This document shows positions 26,056-36,599 of a stretch of DNA of 42,097 nt, one piece after another. The first letter of the stretch is position 1. Each line of letters begins with the position of its first letter. The translations under genes were made by a program, and so were the position numbers. Source of the DNA: a virus (lineage: Duplodnaviria; Caudoviricetes); IMG/VR virus record IMGVR_UViG_3300033417_000024, positions 1 to 42,097 of that record. One strand, 5' to 3'. The notes under the pieces were generated by a model, which worked only from the letters and a program-made list of their open reading frames with translations, did no database searches and was not told the DNA's origin.

Positions 26056-26865
26056 TCACTCGGCCTCGAGCCCGGTGACGGCGGCTCCTTGTCGGCCGGG
26101 CCCGGAGCGCTGCGAGAAGCTCGCCGCCTCGGAGCGGAGCAGACGGTTGATCCGCCGGCGCTGGATGGGGTCGCCGAAGGCCAGGCCCTCGAGGAACTCG
26201 CCCAGGTCGAAGGTGTCGTCGGGATCCTGGTGACGGCGGGCCAGGGAGTCGACCAGGGGCACGAACTCCACCGCCTGTGAGGCAAGTTGCGCCGCGTCCT
26301 GCCGGCCGAACCCTCGATCGACGAGTCTCCTCGAGGCGGGGAGCCCGAACTGGAGACCGCGCATCGACGCCTCGGCGGAGACCTCGGCGATCGAGATCCT
26401 TCGCTCCAAGAGCCCCGTCTCGAGGTCCGGGTCGAGGGCCGAGGCGATCAGCGCCTCGTCGGTGAGTTCGACGCCGTTCTGTGCGGCGAACTCCTGACGG
26501 ACCTCATCGGATCGTAGGAGGATCCGTTCGGCGAGCATCTCGGCGTCCTCGGCGAACTCCAGCGGGGACCGGTCCCCCGAAATCGAGGCGACGATCTGGT
26601 CGTGGAAGATCGCCGGGTTCACCCCGAGCCCGATCAGGGTCTGCTCGTAGGAGTCGAAGATCGCCAGGTATTGCGCCTCGGTGTGGCGGAGGGTGCCGTC
26701 GTCGCGTCGGTTGCCCTGGAAGTAGTTGTCGTAGGTGGGGTCGGCCCGCATCTTCTCGAGGGCGATGTTGAAGTCGCCGGTCTCGACCCAGGCGTCGAGG
26801 AGCACCTGGATCAGGGGTTCGGGGAGCCCGGGAGCGAGGTAGCGGACGTCGGCGGCGGTGACCAT
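26056..26865 (-). CDS. Putative internal virion/ejection protein, 269 aa
   Basis: Helical; last gene of a translationally coupled cluster; YFQGNRRDDG...EAQYL motif. Confidence 0.65.
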   Translation of the reverse strand: MVTAADVRYLAPGLPEPLIQVLLDAWVETGDFNIALEKMRADPTYDNYFQGNRRDDGTLRHTEAQYLAIFDSYEQTLIGLGVNPAIFHDQIVASISGDRSPLEFAEDAEMLAERILLRSDEVRQEFAAQNGVELTDEALIASALDPDLETGLLERRISIAEVSAEASMRGLQFGLPASRRLVDRGFGRQDAAQLASQAVEFVPLVDSLARRHQDPDDTFDLGEFLEGLAFGDPIQRRRINRLLRSEAASFSQRSGPGRQGAAVTGLEAE

Positions 26866-27995
26866 CAGCGGAGAGCCTCCCTGACCTGCCCGAAGTTCCG
26901 GGCCAACTGGCCTTCGACCTCGGATCGAACCTTACCGATCCCGCGTGACAGCCCCTCCTCGCGCATCCGGCGGGCACTGGCGGTCATGTCGTTTCGGTTG
27001 ACGATCTCGACGAACAGCGGATCGGTCTCATCGGCGATCTGGCCCCACTGGTTCGACCAGAAGTTGCGCCACGGTTCGGCGACCTCCTGGTAGGTGAGCG
27101 CCTCGTCATACCCGGGGAACATCGCCTTGCGCTGCTGTTGGAGGTAGCGGGTGAGGGTCTCCTCGCCGTCGGCGTCGTTGCGGAGCCGGCCCGCCCATTT
27201 GCTGATCTGGTCCGCCGACCACGATCCGAACGCCGGGCCGAGCCACCTGGTGGTCAGATCCTTCACCTTCCCTTCGAGGCCCATGGTGGTGTCGAGGGGG
27301 TCCTCCAGCCCGGCGACCACGGCGGCGAGCCCGGCGTCGACGGTGATCCCCGCCGACGGGTCGGCCAGGGCCCGGGCCTGGTCCTTCCACTGGGTCTCGG
27401 TCCAGGTCCCGGTGGTGAATCGGTTGTTGATGAAGTCGATCACCGAGTCGGGGGCGCCGTGGACCCCGAAGGCGGCGAGGGTGTCACGCACCGCGATCCG
27501 GTTCGATTCGAGGGCCTGCTGGGCGGTGAGCGGATCGGCCACCGACAGCACCAGCCAGGCCCGCTCGCCGGCGGTGTGGGTCTGCCACCATTGGGTCTGC
27601 TCAAACTCGGCGTCGGCGATCTCGCGGTTCTCGAGCACGCCCTCCCACAGCAGCGCCCGGACCTCGTCGTCGAGGAGGTAGGGGCGGACCACGGCCTGGG
27701 CGGTGACCGTGTTCTCCCAGGCGATCCACGGATCCTCCCCGGTGTTGACGATCTCCTTGTGGTTGCCTCGCTCGATCGCTCCGGTCTGGTGGATCTGCTC
27801 GAGGTTGGCGAAACGGCGGTCGGTGACGATGTCCTTGTCCTCACCGAACGCTGCTTGGAGCTGCTTGCGGTTGATCTTCCACATGCCGGGGATCGGGGGC
27901 TTCGAGTCGGGGACGAAGTAGACGACGTAGTACTGGTCGGTCTCCTTGTCCTTCCAGACCTCGGGCTTTCCGGGGAACCCATTCAGCTTGACCAC
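26865..27995 (-). CDS. Putative internal virion/ejection protein, 376 aa
   Basis: Coupled to its neighbours; QTQWWQ motif. Confidence 0.65.
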   Translation of the reverse strand: MVKLNGFPGKPEVWKDKETDQYYVVYFVPDSKPPIPGMWKINRKQLQAAFGEDKDIVTDRRFANLEQIHQTGAIERGNHKEIVNTGEDPWIAWENTVTAQAVVRPYLLDDEVRALLWEGVLENREIADAEFEQTQWWQTHTAGERAWLVLSVADPLTAQQALESNRIAVRDTLAAFGVHGAPDSVIDFINNRFTTGTWTETQWKDQARALADPSAGITVDAGLAAVVAGLEDPLDTTMGLEGKVKDLTTRWLGPAFGSWSADQISKWAGRLRNDADGEETLTRYLQQQRKAMFPGYDEALTYQEVAEPWRNFWSNQWGQIADETDPLFVEIVNRNDMTASARRMREEGLSRGIGKVRSEVEGQLARNFGQVREALR

Positions 27996-27997
27996 GC

Positions 27998-28816
27998 TCA
28001 GTAGCCTCCTTCCCCGCTGCCGGCGGCCACATTGTCACCCTGTGTGGCCGGTTCACGCGCGGGTTGTGGTCCCAGGTCGGCTGCCGGTGCGACCACCGGG
28101 CCGGCGAGGGGAACCTCGACCTCTTGTACAGGGTCAGGAAGCGCCGACCGTTGACCGCCGGCGACCGCGTCGGCGATCATCGAGAGCTCGCGCACCAACT
28201 TGGGGCGCAGCGGATTCGGGGGGGCGTCGGGGTTGGCGGCCTCGATCGCCGCGACGTACTGGCGGAGCTGCTCCTCGAGGTCCGCACCCGGCGCCGACGT
28301 TCCACGTGGAACCTCGGCCACGTTCCGTGGCGGGGACAACTGCGCAGGGTCATATTGGGCCTGGTCGTCGGGACTGAACATCGACCAGCGCCGCTCCGCC
28401 GCCTTGTACTGCTCGGGCGCCGAGCCCATCCCCCTCGAGACGGCCGTGGCGTAATCCGCCGCCCCAACGCCGTAGGCGTCACGGATCCCCGCCGCCGATT
28501 CCATCCCGACGGCCATCACCGTCTCGGCGGCCCGTTCACCGGCGAACCAGGCAAGGGCGACGAGCTCCCAGGAACCGAACCGGCGGTAGTACTCCGACGC
28601 CTTGCGCCGTGCCACGTAGTCCTGGGCCCGTGGGTCCCGCCAATCGGCGCCGGGGAGCCCCACCTGAGACGACCATGCCACCCAGTTGCCGGGGAGGATC
28701 TGATACGCGCCGATCGCCCCCGACTCCCGGTGCCGGGCGTTGTAGGCACCGCTGTAGGACCCGGTCTCGGCCATCCGCAGCGAGGCGAGGAATGTCTCCA
28801 GCTGGTACTCAGGCAC
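27998..28816 (-). CDS. Virion-associated lytic transglycosylase (lysozyme-like/SLT fold)
   Basis: AETG (catalytic Glu), SGAIGAYQI...W and QDYVA...YYRRFGSW...AWFAG motifs. Confidence 0.85.
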   Translation of the reverse strand: MPEYQLETFLASLRMAETGSYSGAYNARHRESGAIGAYQILPGNWVAWSSQVGLPGADWRDPRAQDYVARRKASEYYRRFGSWELVALAWFAGERAAETVMAVGMESAAGIRDAYGVGAADYATAVSRGMGSAPEQYKAAERRWSMFSPDDQAQYDPAQLSPPRNVAEVPRGTSAPGADLEEQLRQYVAAIEAANPDAPPNPLRPKLVRELSMIADAVAGGQRSALPDPVQEVEVPLAGPVVAPAADLGPQPAREPATQGDNVAAGSGEGGY

Positions 28817-30515
28817 CGACGGCTCCTTCCGCTCCGGCGAGGAGGTTCATCATGTGGCGGGTCTGGCCCTGGATGTCGGCGACCCGCTGGTTGCGCTCGA
28901 TCTCGCCCCCGAACCGGCGGTCGATCGACTCGCGCAGCCGGGCGAGTGGGTCGACGGTCTGGACCGTGCCTCCCCCGCCGGCACCCGAACGGGCGAGGAT
29001 CTCGGGGACTCCCTGCTCCGACGGAAGCCCGGCGGCGGTGTTGGCGAGCCGGAGCTCGGCGATCTCGAGCAGGTGGTTGCCGCCCCCACCGCCCCGCACC
29101 GCGGAGCGCTCGGCGTCGTATTGGGCCCGGAAGTTGGCGCGCAGCTCCTCGGCGAGGATCGCCAGCTCATAGTCCTTGACCTCCCGTCCGACCCGGGCCC
29201 CGACGTCCGCTTTGACTGTCTGAGCCAGGAGCGCATAGTCGGGCGCCCGATACCGGGGCGCCGCCGCCCCGGTCCCCCCCCCAGCCCCGTAGCGCCGGTT
29301 GAACTCGTCGGTCTCGAGGGTCTCGCGCTGGCCGGCGACCAGATTGAACCAGGCTTCGAGATCGTCGCCGTACCCGTTGACGTTGGCCTCGAAGAGCGCA
29401 TTGCGCATCGCCTCGCCATCCGTCTCGAGCCACAGCCCTTCATGGCCCAAGACGTGGCCGGGCTCGAGGTAGCCGGCGCGGATCATCTGCTGCTGCCACG
29501 CGGCGACATACGCCGGGTCCTTCCCGGCGAAGAGGGCGTACTGGTCGAACTCCTCGTGGACCGGCCCGGCGTAGAGCGGGGCACCCGGCCCGGCGGTGGC
29601 ATCTCCGAGGGGGCCGTAGGCTCGTTTCATCCACAGCGGGTCCAAGCCGGCCTGCTCGAACCGGTCCAAGACGGCCTGTTCCTCGGCGGAGACCTGCCGG
29701 CCGATGACCCGGTTCGACAGGTAGTCGGCGGGGATTCCCCCGACGAACGGCACGGTGCGTTTCTCCGGCTCGATGTCGGCGTATCCGGCGTCGGCAGCGA
29801 AGTTCTGAGTGATCTTGCGGTCGTTGGAGTCAGCGGCCTCATATCCGGCGAAGCCCCGACCCTCCTCGGAGTTGATTCGTATCGCCTCGTAGTTGTCCTC
29901 GAGCCGGAACCATGTCGGCGAACCCTCCACCGGCTGCCACCAGAATCCCTCGAGGGGCCCGCTCGGGTGGTAGACGACGTCGGGCCGGCGCCGGGCCGCC
30001 TCGATCGCCAGGTCGAGGAGATACTTCTGGTTCTCGGCCTCGACCTGTTCCGCCGGCAGCTCGTCGAACTCCGCGGAGCGGCGCAGCTCGACCCGGCGGT
30101 TTTCCTCGGCGGTGCGAGCGAGGACCTGGTCGCCCTGGGCGAAGGCGTAGCGGAGCATCACGGGCATCCCCGGTGCCAGCGCCTCGAAAGCCTCCTCGAC
30201 CGTCAGGTCCCGGTGGGACGCCCGAATGGTCGCCAGCGCCTTCTCGAACTCGCCGACACCGGCGGTGTCGAGACCTGACCATCCCTGGGAGGTGAGCGAG
30301 TTGCGGTTGATCTCGAGGAGCACGGCGAGTTCGGTGGCGGTGCGAGGCGTCCGTCCGGGCAGGTAGACGGTGACCGGTCGGCCCCCCGCGTCGCGCACCA
30401 TGAAGGGTCTCAGGTCCCCGAGCAGCTCGGCAAGCTCGGCGGGTACCGAAAGCCCCCCGATGACGACGTCGTCGGCGTCGGGTTCGGACTGCTCTTCGCG
30501 TTGCCGGTCGGTCAT
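28809..30515 (-). CDS. Putative internal virion/ejection protein, about 568 aa
   Basis: Probable start ATG at 30515 with GGAGGA RBS; contains a PG-binding-like segment WQQQMIRAGYL...GLW. Confidence 0.65.
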   Translation of the reverse strand: MTDRQREEQSEPDADDVVIGGLSVPAELAELLGDLRPFMVRDAGGRPVTVYLPGRTPRTATELAVLLEINRNSLTSQGWSGLDTAGVGEFEKALATIRASHRDLTVEEAFEALAPGMPVMLRYAFAQGDQVLARTAEENRRVELRRSAEFDELPAEQVEAENQKYLLDLAIEAARRRPDVVYHPSGPLEGFWWQPVEGSPTWFRLEDNYEAIRINSEEGRGFAGYEAADSNDRKITQNFAADAGYADIEPEKRTVPFVGGIPADYLSNRVIGRQVSAEEQAVLDRFEQAGLDPLWMKRAYGPLGDATAGPGAPLYAGPVHEEFDQYALFAGKDPAYVAAWQQQMIRAGYLEPGHVLGHEGLWLETDGEAMRNALFEANVNGYGDDLEAWFNLVAGQRETLETDEFNRRYGAGGGTGAAAPRYRAPDYALLAQTVKADVGARVGREVKDYELAILAEELRANFRAQYDAERSAVRGGGGGNHLLEIAELRLANTAAGLPSEQGVPEILARSGAGGGGTVQTVDPLARLRESIDRRFGGEIERNQRVADIQGQTRHMMNLLAGAEGAVGA

Positions 30516-33500
30516 GGCGGTCCTCCGGTGCTGAACCCGATCCCGTCGAGGACCTCGATCTCGGACGGTTCGGTCAGCTCGTTCTCCTCGATCTCGCGGC
30601 TCCAGACCTCCGCCCACATCGGGCCGAAACTCGGATGCCGGGCAACAATGACCTCGGCGTTGCCCCGCAACCACTCCCGGTAGATCTTCCCGGCGTTGGC
30701 GGTGGCGAGCCCTGCCGGGGAGTATCCCATGGCAACCATCTCGTCGATGGCACGTTGCCGCATCTCGAGGTAGATCGACAGCCCCTGGCCGGCGTCGGTC
30801 GCCTGGAGCGCCGGCGAGGACGACCACGACTCGAACTCGCGGATCAACTGGTCGCGGGTGGCCCGCTGCTGCGCGCCGAGCACCGGCGAGTTGTATCCGT
30901 CGTAGCGTTCCATCAGCCACAGCCGGTAGTTGCGCAGCCACGTCCTCGCCGGGGCGTCCTTGCGGTCCCCGATGTGGCGACGGGCCCGCTCATAGGCGAC
31001 CCGGCCCAGGAAGTCGTTGCGCTCCCACGTCCACTGCTCCGGCGTCAGCGAGATCCTGGTCTTGTGGCGGAGCTGGGCGGCGTAGGCGTTGTAGTCGAAG
31101 GGCTCGTCGGGGTCGTCGGCCCGGGCGTAGTAGGCGGTGAACCGGAACTGCTTGAACAGCTCGGGGTTGCGCGCCTCGAACTCGGCCCCCGACTCGGTGG
31201 TAGACCGGCGGAGGAGGCTGGTCGTCTTGGGCGTCGTGTACAGCGACGGCTCGAGGCCGAACAGCTTGACGAACTCGTCGGTGGCGAGCTGATGGGAGAA
31301 CCCCTGCTCCTCGAGGATCCGCCGGTACTCGGTGGAGAGCTGGGTGAGCGACCACAGTTGGCCCGAGACGTCGCGCTGCTGGAAGCGGACCTGCGCCGGT
31401 GTCGGCCCGGCGAACGCCGAGATCGCCCGGATCCGGTAGATCTGGCGGGCCTTGCCCATCGCCAGGTCGAGCCCGGCCTCGAAGCCCTCGGGGGTTGAGA
31501 TGTCGGCCTGGCCGTTGGCGACCATGATCCGCAGCACGTCGATCACGGTATTGGAGTAGACCCGGGCGTCGTCGCCGACGGGCTGGCCGATACTGACCAG
31601 CGCCTTGCGCAGCCAGGTGGGGGCGAGCGAGTCGACGACGTCGCCCATCGAGTCGATGTCGGTGAACCCGAAGGGCAGCAGTAGCTCGCGCAGGAACTTG
31701 TGGCCCGGCTCCTCGAGGTAGCCGCGCAGCATCGTCGACGCCGGGATCTGGATGACCGGGCCCACTCCGGGCATGTACTGGCCGATCATCAGGTTGACGC
31801 CGGCAAGGCGGCCGGTGAACTGGACCGCCTTGGGATCCCCGAACATCCATTTCGAGATCAGATCCGAGCCCGGGTAGTTGAACACCTCGTCGCCGGTGCT
31901 GGGGTCGTTGTAGAAGAAGCCCGACTCCCGGCCCCCGGTGATCCCCTGGTGGAGGCGGCGGAGCACCGCCGGGTTCTGGCGGGTGATCGTCGCCCACCGG
32001 CTGAGGATCTCGAGCCAGGCCTCACCGAAGGGGAAGATGTGGCGGGTGATGTCGAAGAAGTTGTGCTTGCGGGTGATGTCGTAGAGCAGCTCCTTGGTCT
32101 CCCCGAGGGCGAAGCTCTTGGCGATGGTGTCGGCCTCGTCGAAGCCGATGGCGCCGGAGGGCGCGATGCCGCGGCGGTACTTGAATCCGCCCCCGGCCAT
32201 GCGTTCCAGTTGGGCGATCTGGCCGTCCGGGACGCCCTTGAGCATGTCGCCGGCCCATTCCCGGACGGTGCGGCGGGTCACCCCCTGGGCAGACATCTGC
32301 GCCAGGGCCCGGCCGACGTCCTCCTCACTCAAATAGGGGAGCAGCTGGGAGACGCGCCGCCAGTAGAACTGCTGGAACGCCGGCGACCGGGACAGCTTGT
32401 CGGTGGGCTTGCCCATCAGAATGTCGAACAGCTTGTTGGTGGCCCGTTCCATCAGCCCGATCTCGTCGGCGGTGGGACGGGCTGGGATATTGGTGAAGTT
32501 TCCAGCCATCCGCTCACCGAGGGTCTCCTCGAGATCGCGCATCACCTGCTGCCGGGTCGCTGAATACTTGCGCGACCCAGGGCGCAGCGCCGACTTGGTG
32601 GTGACCTTGCCGGTCGCCGGGTCGATGATGTCGCGGAGTGCCCGGCCCTTGAACGTGCCATGGGCGATCGCTTCGAGGATCTCGGGGTGGATCACGTCGT
32701 CGGGCGACGGGATCACAAACTGTGGGCGATGCTGGCCCCATCCGGCGACCGCGCCCGGCTCGTCGGCACCGGCCCGGACAGCCCGGCGAAGCCCGAGGTG
32801 GGCGAAGGTGGCCCCGGCCTGGCTCATCGACTCGGCTCCGGCCGGGGCGACGACACCGGCATCTCCGAGCGACCCGAACCGGGCCCGGATCCCGTCGAGG
32901 ACCTCCTCGGGCGTCCGGTAGGCCGACGTGTCGACGCTCTGCGCTCGGAGCCACTGTTCGACCGTTACCTTCCTGCCGGAGTCGGTGGAGAGGAACAGCC
33001 GGAGCAGCGACTGCGGAGCGGGGTTCTCGTCGTCGAGCAGGAGACGCAGCATCCGGTTGGCGTCAGATTTGCTGTACAAGTGGTGGGTCGGTGGGACGGT
33101 GTTGAGGATCCCGATGTGGCGGACCCCTTCGGCGTCGAGGATGTAGGTGAACTGGCCGACAAGGGTGCCGTCACGCACCGCGATGATTGTCGTCGGGTGG
33201 CCCGGAACCGACTTCTGCCCCTTCTTGAGAACCTCGGCGGCCCGGTCGATCCAATAGGTACTGATCGTGTTGGGGACGCGATGAGCCCCGTCGGGCAGGC
33301 CGGCCATCTGCGGTGGCAGCGGGCGGGCGTCGAATCGGGCCACCGAAGAACCGAGGCGCCCGTAGATGTCGGCGAAGTCGTCGGTGGCGATCCCAGCGAG
33401 ACGCAGCGCCTCGGCGGAGGGGATGAACTCGCGGGCCTCGAGGTTGCCGGCGCCGCGGCGCAGGTTGGTCCCGACAGCTTCGAGACGGTCCATGGCGATC

Positions 33501-36500
33501 CCGATGTCGACCAGGCCGTCGGGATCGGTGGCGCCGCCCAGGATGTGGGCGGTGACCGCCTGATGAAGCTCGGCACGGGCCATGGTGATCTCACTGGTGA
33601 CCTGCGCCGACAGGCGCCCGCCAGCGCTCGAGGCCACCATGTCGGCCCATTCGTCGAACGCATCGTCGAGACGCTGCCAGCCGGCGCCACCCGGCGTCCA
33701 GTTGATCAGGTCCACCTGCTGGCCGGTGACCTCGTCGAGCGCCCGACCGACCGTGTCACCGAAGCTGCGGCTCATCTCGGAGGGGGAGAACACGCCGGTA
33801 GGGATGACGTCGTCGGCGTCAAACGCCGAGAAGTGGGGGATCAGGTTCGGGTCGACCTCCCGCCCGAAGGCGTCCTTCCAGACCCCCGACGAGTGGACAG
33901 TCTGCCCGGTCGAGATCTCCACCCCGCCCCGACCGCCGGCGGGGATCTTCCCTCCCTTGGGGAGCACACCACCGGACTCGAGGTAGTAGTAGTTGCCGCC
34001 CGCCATCGCGTTGAGCCGGCCCCATTGGGTGTCGATGAACCCGTCGGCCTGCCACCGCTGGCCGAGCGTGGCCCCCCGGTTGCCGTCCCGGGTGAGCTGC
34101 TTGCGCATCGGGGCCAGGTCACCGTTCCAGAACCGGTCTTTGATGTCCTTGAGGAAGTCGGCGTCCCACCCGTGGAGAGGCCGAGCCGCCGCCTGCGCCT
34201 CGAGGGCGGCCTGGGCGATCACCTGATCGAGTGGGTCTCGCACCGCCCGGGTGACCTCGCCGAATGAGCCTTCCCAAAACCGGGGGTCGTCGAATCCGGC
34301 TTTGCCGAACTCGCTGCTGTGCGGGTTGCGGACATGGACGTCATCGAGGAAACCGAGCCCCCGTGAGCTCATCGCCGACTGGAACTGGAGGGCGCTCTCG
34401 TCGACGCTCTTGGTGACGAACTTCTTGCCCAACAGATCTTCGGCCTTCTTCTCCGCCATCACCATCGCAAGCCATTGGAAGGGATGCCGCGGCGCCGAGT
34501 TGAGTCCCATCGCTGCCATGCGGAGCTGCTCCTCACCGATCACCCGCAACGGCCAGGCGATCCGGAGGAGCACCAGCGGCTTCCACAGCCGGTTCATGTA
34601 CCAGTCGGCGGCGGAGGTGAGGGCGTTCTCCCCGACCTTCTGCCAGTCCTCCGACCCGAAGGCACGCCGGCCGACCAGCTTCATCTTGCGGACCCGGTTG
34701 AGGGTGCCCCGGATCTGACGGGCGTCGAGCAGGGGGACCATCTGGTTGACGAACTCGGAGAACAGCACCGCTGAAGGCATCGAGACCACCTCGCCGTCGG
34801 CGAGGAACTTCACCGACGCCATCGGGAAGTACTGCGGCTCACGGGCCTTGTTCGTCCAGAAGGCCCGGAAGTCCTCCCATTCCCGGCGGTAGATCGCCGA
34901 CAGGGCCCGGGCCCCCTCCTCGGGGAGGCCCTCGCGGATCAGGATCTGAGCGAACGACTCGTAGGCGTCACGCACCGCCCCGTACATCGTCGGCATGTCC
35001 TTGGCCTCGGCGAGGCGCAGCAGCAGCTCGTTGCGGGTGACGCGGGGCAGCCTCATCAGCGTCATGTGCTCTGCGAAGTCCTCGAGCCCCTGATGGGGGT
35101 CCCTAATCGAGATGCCCTTCGACCCGGTCCGGGCTGCCAGCCAACCTAGGTAGCTGTCGGTGGACCGCAGATTGTGCGATACCGCGACGCCGACCCCGCC
35201 GAGGCGGCCCAGGCCGGCCCCGGTGGCGCCACCACCGGGGATGCGGGTCAGCCCGGAGACGCTGCCGGCACCGCCGAGGGCGCCGCCGACCATGGCACCC
35301 TTGAGCGGGTCCTTGCCGGTGATCGCCGCGCCGGTGGCGCCGAGGGCGGCGCCGATCCCCGCCTGGACGACCGCGGGCACCCCGTAGCGGCCGATCCCTG
35401 AGGCGACCGGCTTGCCCAGCACCGTGCCGCCGCCACGGAGCAGCCGGCCGGCGAGGGTGACCGGGTTGAGGGTCTCGGGGCGCAGGCGCGCCTGGACGGA
35501 GGGGTCCAGGAGGATCGACTGGACCGCGGCGGGGCTGTTGGCCCGGGTGAGCTTGGCGGCGATGTCGGGGTCGACCCGGTTGGCGGAGCCTTTGAGCAGC
35601 GAGGCGATGGTGTCGAAGTCGCCCTGGCCGGCGACGAAGTTGATCAGCTCCTGGCCGTCACGTCCCGCCAGATATGACGACCAGTTGCGGCCCAGGATGG
35701 TGGGGCGGACACCGTCGGGGACGAGGACGCGCGACAGTCTTCGCAGCTCGGAGATCCCGACCAGCGCGATGTTGGCCGGGTCCAGGAAGATGTTCGCCGA
35801 GAGGTCGGTGAGCCCCGAGATCAGATTGAACGGTGTCGATCCCGGCTCGGCGAAGTTGAGGGCGACCAGCCGGCCAGGCGAGACCGGGATCTTGACACCG
35901 CCCGGTGATGTGACCTGGATGCCGGTTTCGCGTTGCTGCCGGCCGAGTTGGGTGATCGGTGCGCCCAGCTGCCGCTGCTCCCGGTTCTGCGCCGCCTGGT
36001 CCAGGGGCACCCCGCCTTGGAGGAGCCGCTCGGTTTCGGGTGCGAGCTGGCTCTGCGCGAAGAACCCGGATCCCAGGTTGACCCGCTCCCCGCTCCGCCA
36101 TGCCCTCCACGCCTTCGTCGCGTCCGATTCGCCGGCGGCAGCCCACGCCTCCTCGTTGCCCATCCCCTGATGCCGGCCGACTGCGTAGCGGACCCGCCGG
36201 CTGAGCCCCTCCTCCCACAGGAACTCGAAGCCCAATCCGACCACCCGGGTCGCTCCCTTGAAGAAGTTCCACAGGAAGAACCCGTCTCCGCCGGACTGGG
36301 CGTGCGTCTGTGCCCGGAGCCCTTCGAGGGCGGCGACGTCGGCCTGCGTCTGGCGGATCGCCAGCTCCTCCATCTGCGGTGATCCCGCCTCGAGGTGGGC
36401 GAGCGCGGCGCCCATGATCGGCCCGCCGCCGAGGTTCGGGTAGATCCGTGCCAGCTGGGCGGCACGGATCGCCAACCCGGCAGATCCGAGCTGGGTGAGC

Positions 36501-36598
36501 CGGGCATGGACCCGACGGCGATCTTCGAGCTCGGTCAGCCCCAGGTTGGTGATGTGTGCGGGCACCCGGTAGCCGAGCCCCTCGATTCGGTCGCCCAC
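30512..36598 (-). CDS. Very large internal virion/DNA-ejection protein, 2028 aa
   Basis: Size, helical composition, Gly/Ala hydrophobic segment, clustered with the transglycosylase; no tape-measure repeats. Confidence 0.7.
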   Translation of the reverse strand: MGDRIEGLGYRVPAHITNLGLTELEDRRRVHARLTQLGSAGLAIRAAQLARIYPNLGGGPIMGAALAHLEAGSPQMEELAIRQTQADVAALEGLRAQTHAQSGGDGFFLWNFFKGATRVVGLGFEFLWEEGLSRRVRYAVGRHQGMGNEEAWAAAGESDATKAWRAWRSGERVNLGSGFFAQSQLAPETERLLQGGVPLDQAAQNREQRQLGAPITQLGRQQRETGIQVTSPGGVKIPVSPGRLVALNFAEPGSTPFNLISGLTDLSANIFLDPANIALVGISELRRLSRVLVPDGVRPTILGRNWSSYLAGRDGQELINFVAGQGDFDTIASLLKGSANRVDPDIAAKLTRANSPAAVQSILLDPSVQARLRPETLNPVTLAGRLLRGGGTVLGKPVASGIGRYGVPAVVQAGIGAALGATGAAITGKDPLKGAMVGGALGGAGSVSGLTRIPGGGATGAGLGRLGGVGVAVSHNLRSTDSYLGWLAARTGSKGISIRDPHQGLEDFAEHMTLMRLPRVTRNELLLRLAEAKDMPTMYGAVRDAYESFAQILIREGLPEEGARALSAIYRREWEDFRAFWTNKAREPQYFPMASVKFLADGEVVSMPSAVLFSEFVNQMVPLLDARQIRGTLNRVRKMKLVGRRAFGSEDWQKVGENALTSAADWYMNRLWKPLVLLRIAWPLRVIGEEQLRMAAMGLNSAPRHPFQWLAMVMAEKKAEDLLGKKFVTKSVDESALQFQSAMSSRGLGFLDDVHVRNPHSSEFGKAGFDDPRFWEGSFGEVTRAVRDPLDQVIAQAALEAQAAARPLHGWDADFLKDIKDRFWNGDLAPMRKQLTRDGNRGATLGQRWQADGFIDTQWGRLNAMAGGNYYYLESGGVLPKGGKIPAGGRGGVEISTGQTVHSSGVWKDAFGREVDPNLIPHFSAFDADDVIPTGVFSPSEMSRSFGDTVGRALDEVTGQQVDLINWTPGGAGWQRLDDAFDEWADMVASSAGGRLSAQVTSEITMARAELHQAVTAHILGGATDPDGLVDIGIAMDRLEAVGTNLRRGAGNLEAREFIPSAEALRLAGIATDDFADIYGRLGSSVARFDARPLPPQMAGLPDGAHRVPNTISTYWIDRAAEVLKKGQKSVPGHPTTIIAVRDGTLVGQFTYILDAEGVRHIGILNTVPPTHHLYSKSDANRMLRLLLDDENPAPQSLLRLFLSTDSGRKVTVEQWLRAQSVDTSAYRTPEEVLDGIRARFGSLGDAGVVAPAGAESMSQAGATFAHLGLRRAVRAGADEPGAVAGWGQHRPQFVIPSPDDVIHPEILEAIAHGTFKGRALRDIIDPATGKVTTKSALRPGSRKYSATRQQVMRDLEETLGERMAGNFTNIPARPTADEIGLMERATNKLFDILMGKPTDKLSRSPAFQQFYWRRVSQLLPYLSEEDVGRALAQMSAQGVTRRTVREWAGDMLKGVPDGQIAQLERMAGGGFKYRRGIAPSGAIGFDEADTIAKSFALGETKELLYDITRKHNFFDITRHIFPFGEAWLEILSRWATITRQNPAVLRRLHQGITGGRESGFFYNDPSTGDEVFNYPGSDLISKWMFGDPKAVQFTGRLAGVNLMIGQYMPGVGPVIQIPASTMLRGYLEEPGHKFLRELLLPFGFTDIDSMGDVVDSLAPTWLRKALVSIGQPVGDDARVYSNTVIDVLRIMVANGQADISTPEGFEAGLDLAMGKARQIYRIRAISAFAGPTPAQVRFQQRDVSGQLWSLTQLSTEYRRILEEQGFSHQLATDEFVKLFGLEPSLYTTPKTTSLLRRSTTESGAEFEARNPELFKQFRFTAYYARADDPDEPFDYNAYAAQLRHKTRISLTPEQWTWERNDFLGRVAYERARRHIGDRKDAPARTWLRNYRLWLMERYDGYNSPVLGAQQRATRDQLIREFESWSSSPALQATDAGQGLSIYLEMRQRAIDEMVAMGYSPAGLATANAGKIYREWLRGNAEVIVARHPSFGPMWAEVWSREIEENELTEPSEIEVLDGIGFSTGGPP

Positions 36599-36599
36599 G

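Noticed and set aside
30512-36598. 2028-aa protein as a virion RNA polymerase (N4- or crAss-like) or a tape measure
   Set aside because: I found no DxDGD/DFDxD catalytic motif (only GDFDT and FDADD), no tape-measure periodicity and no tail-tube gene; a structure search is needed to exclude this fully
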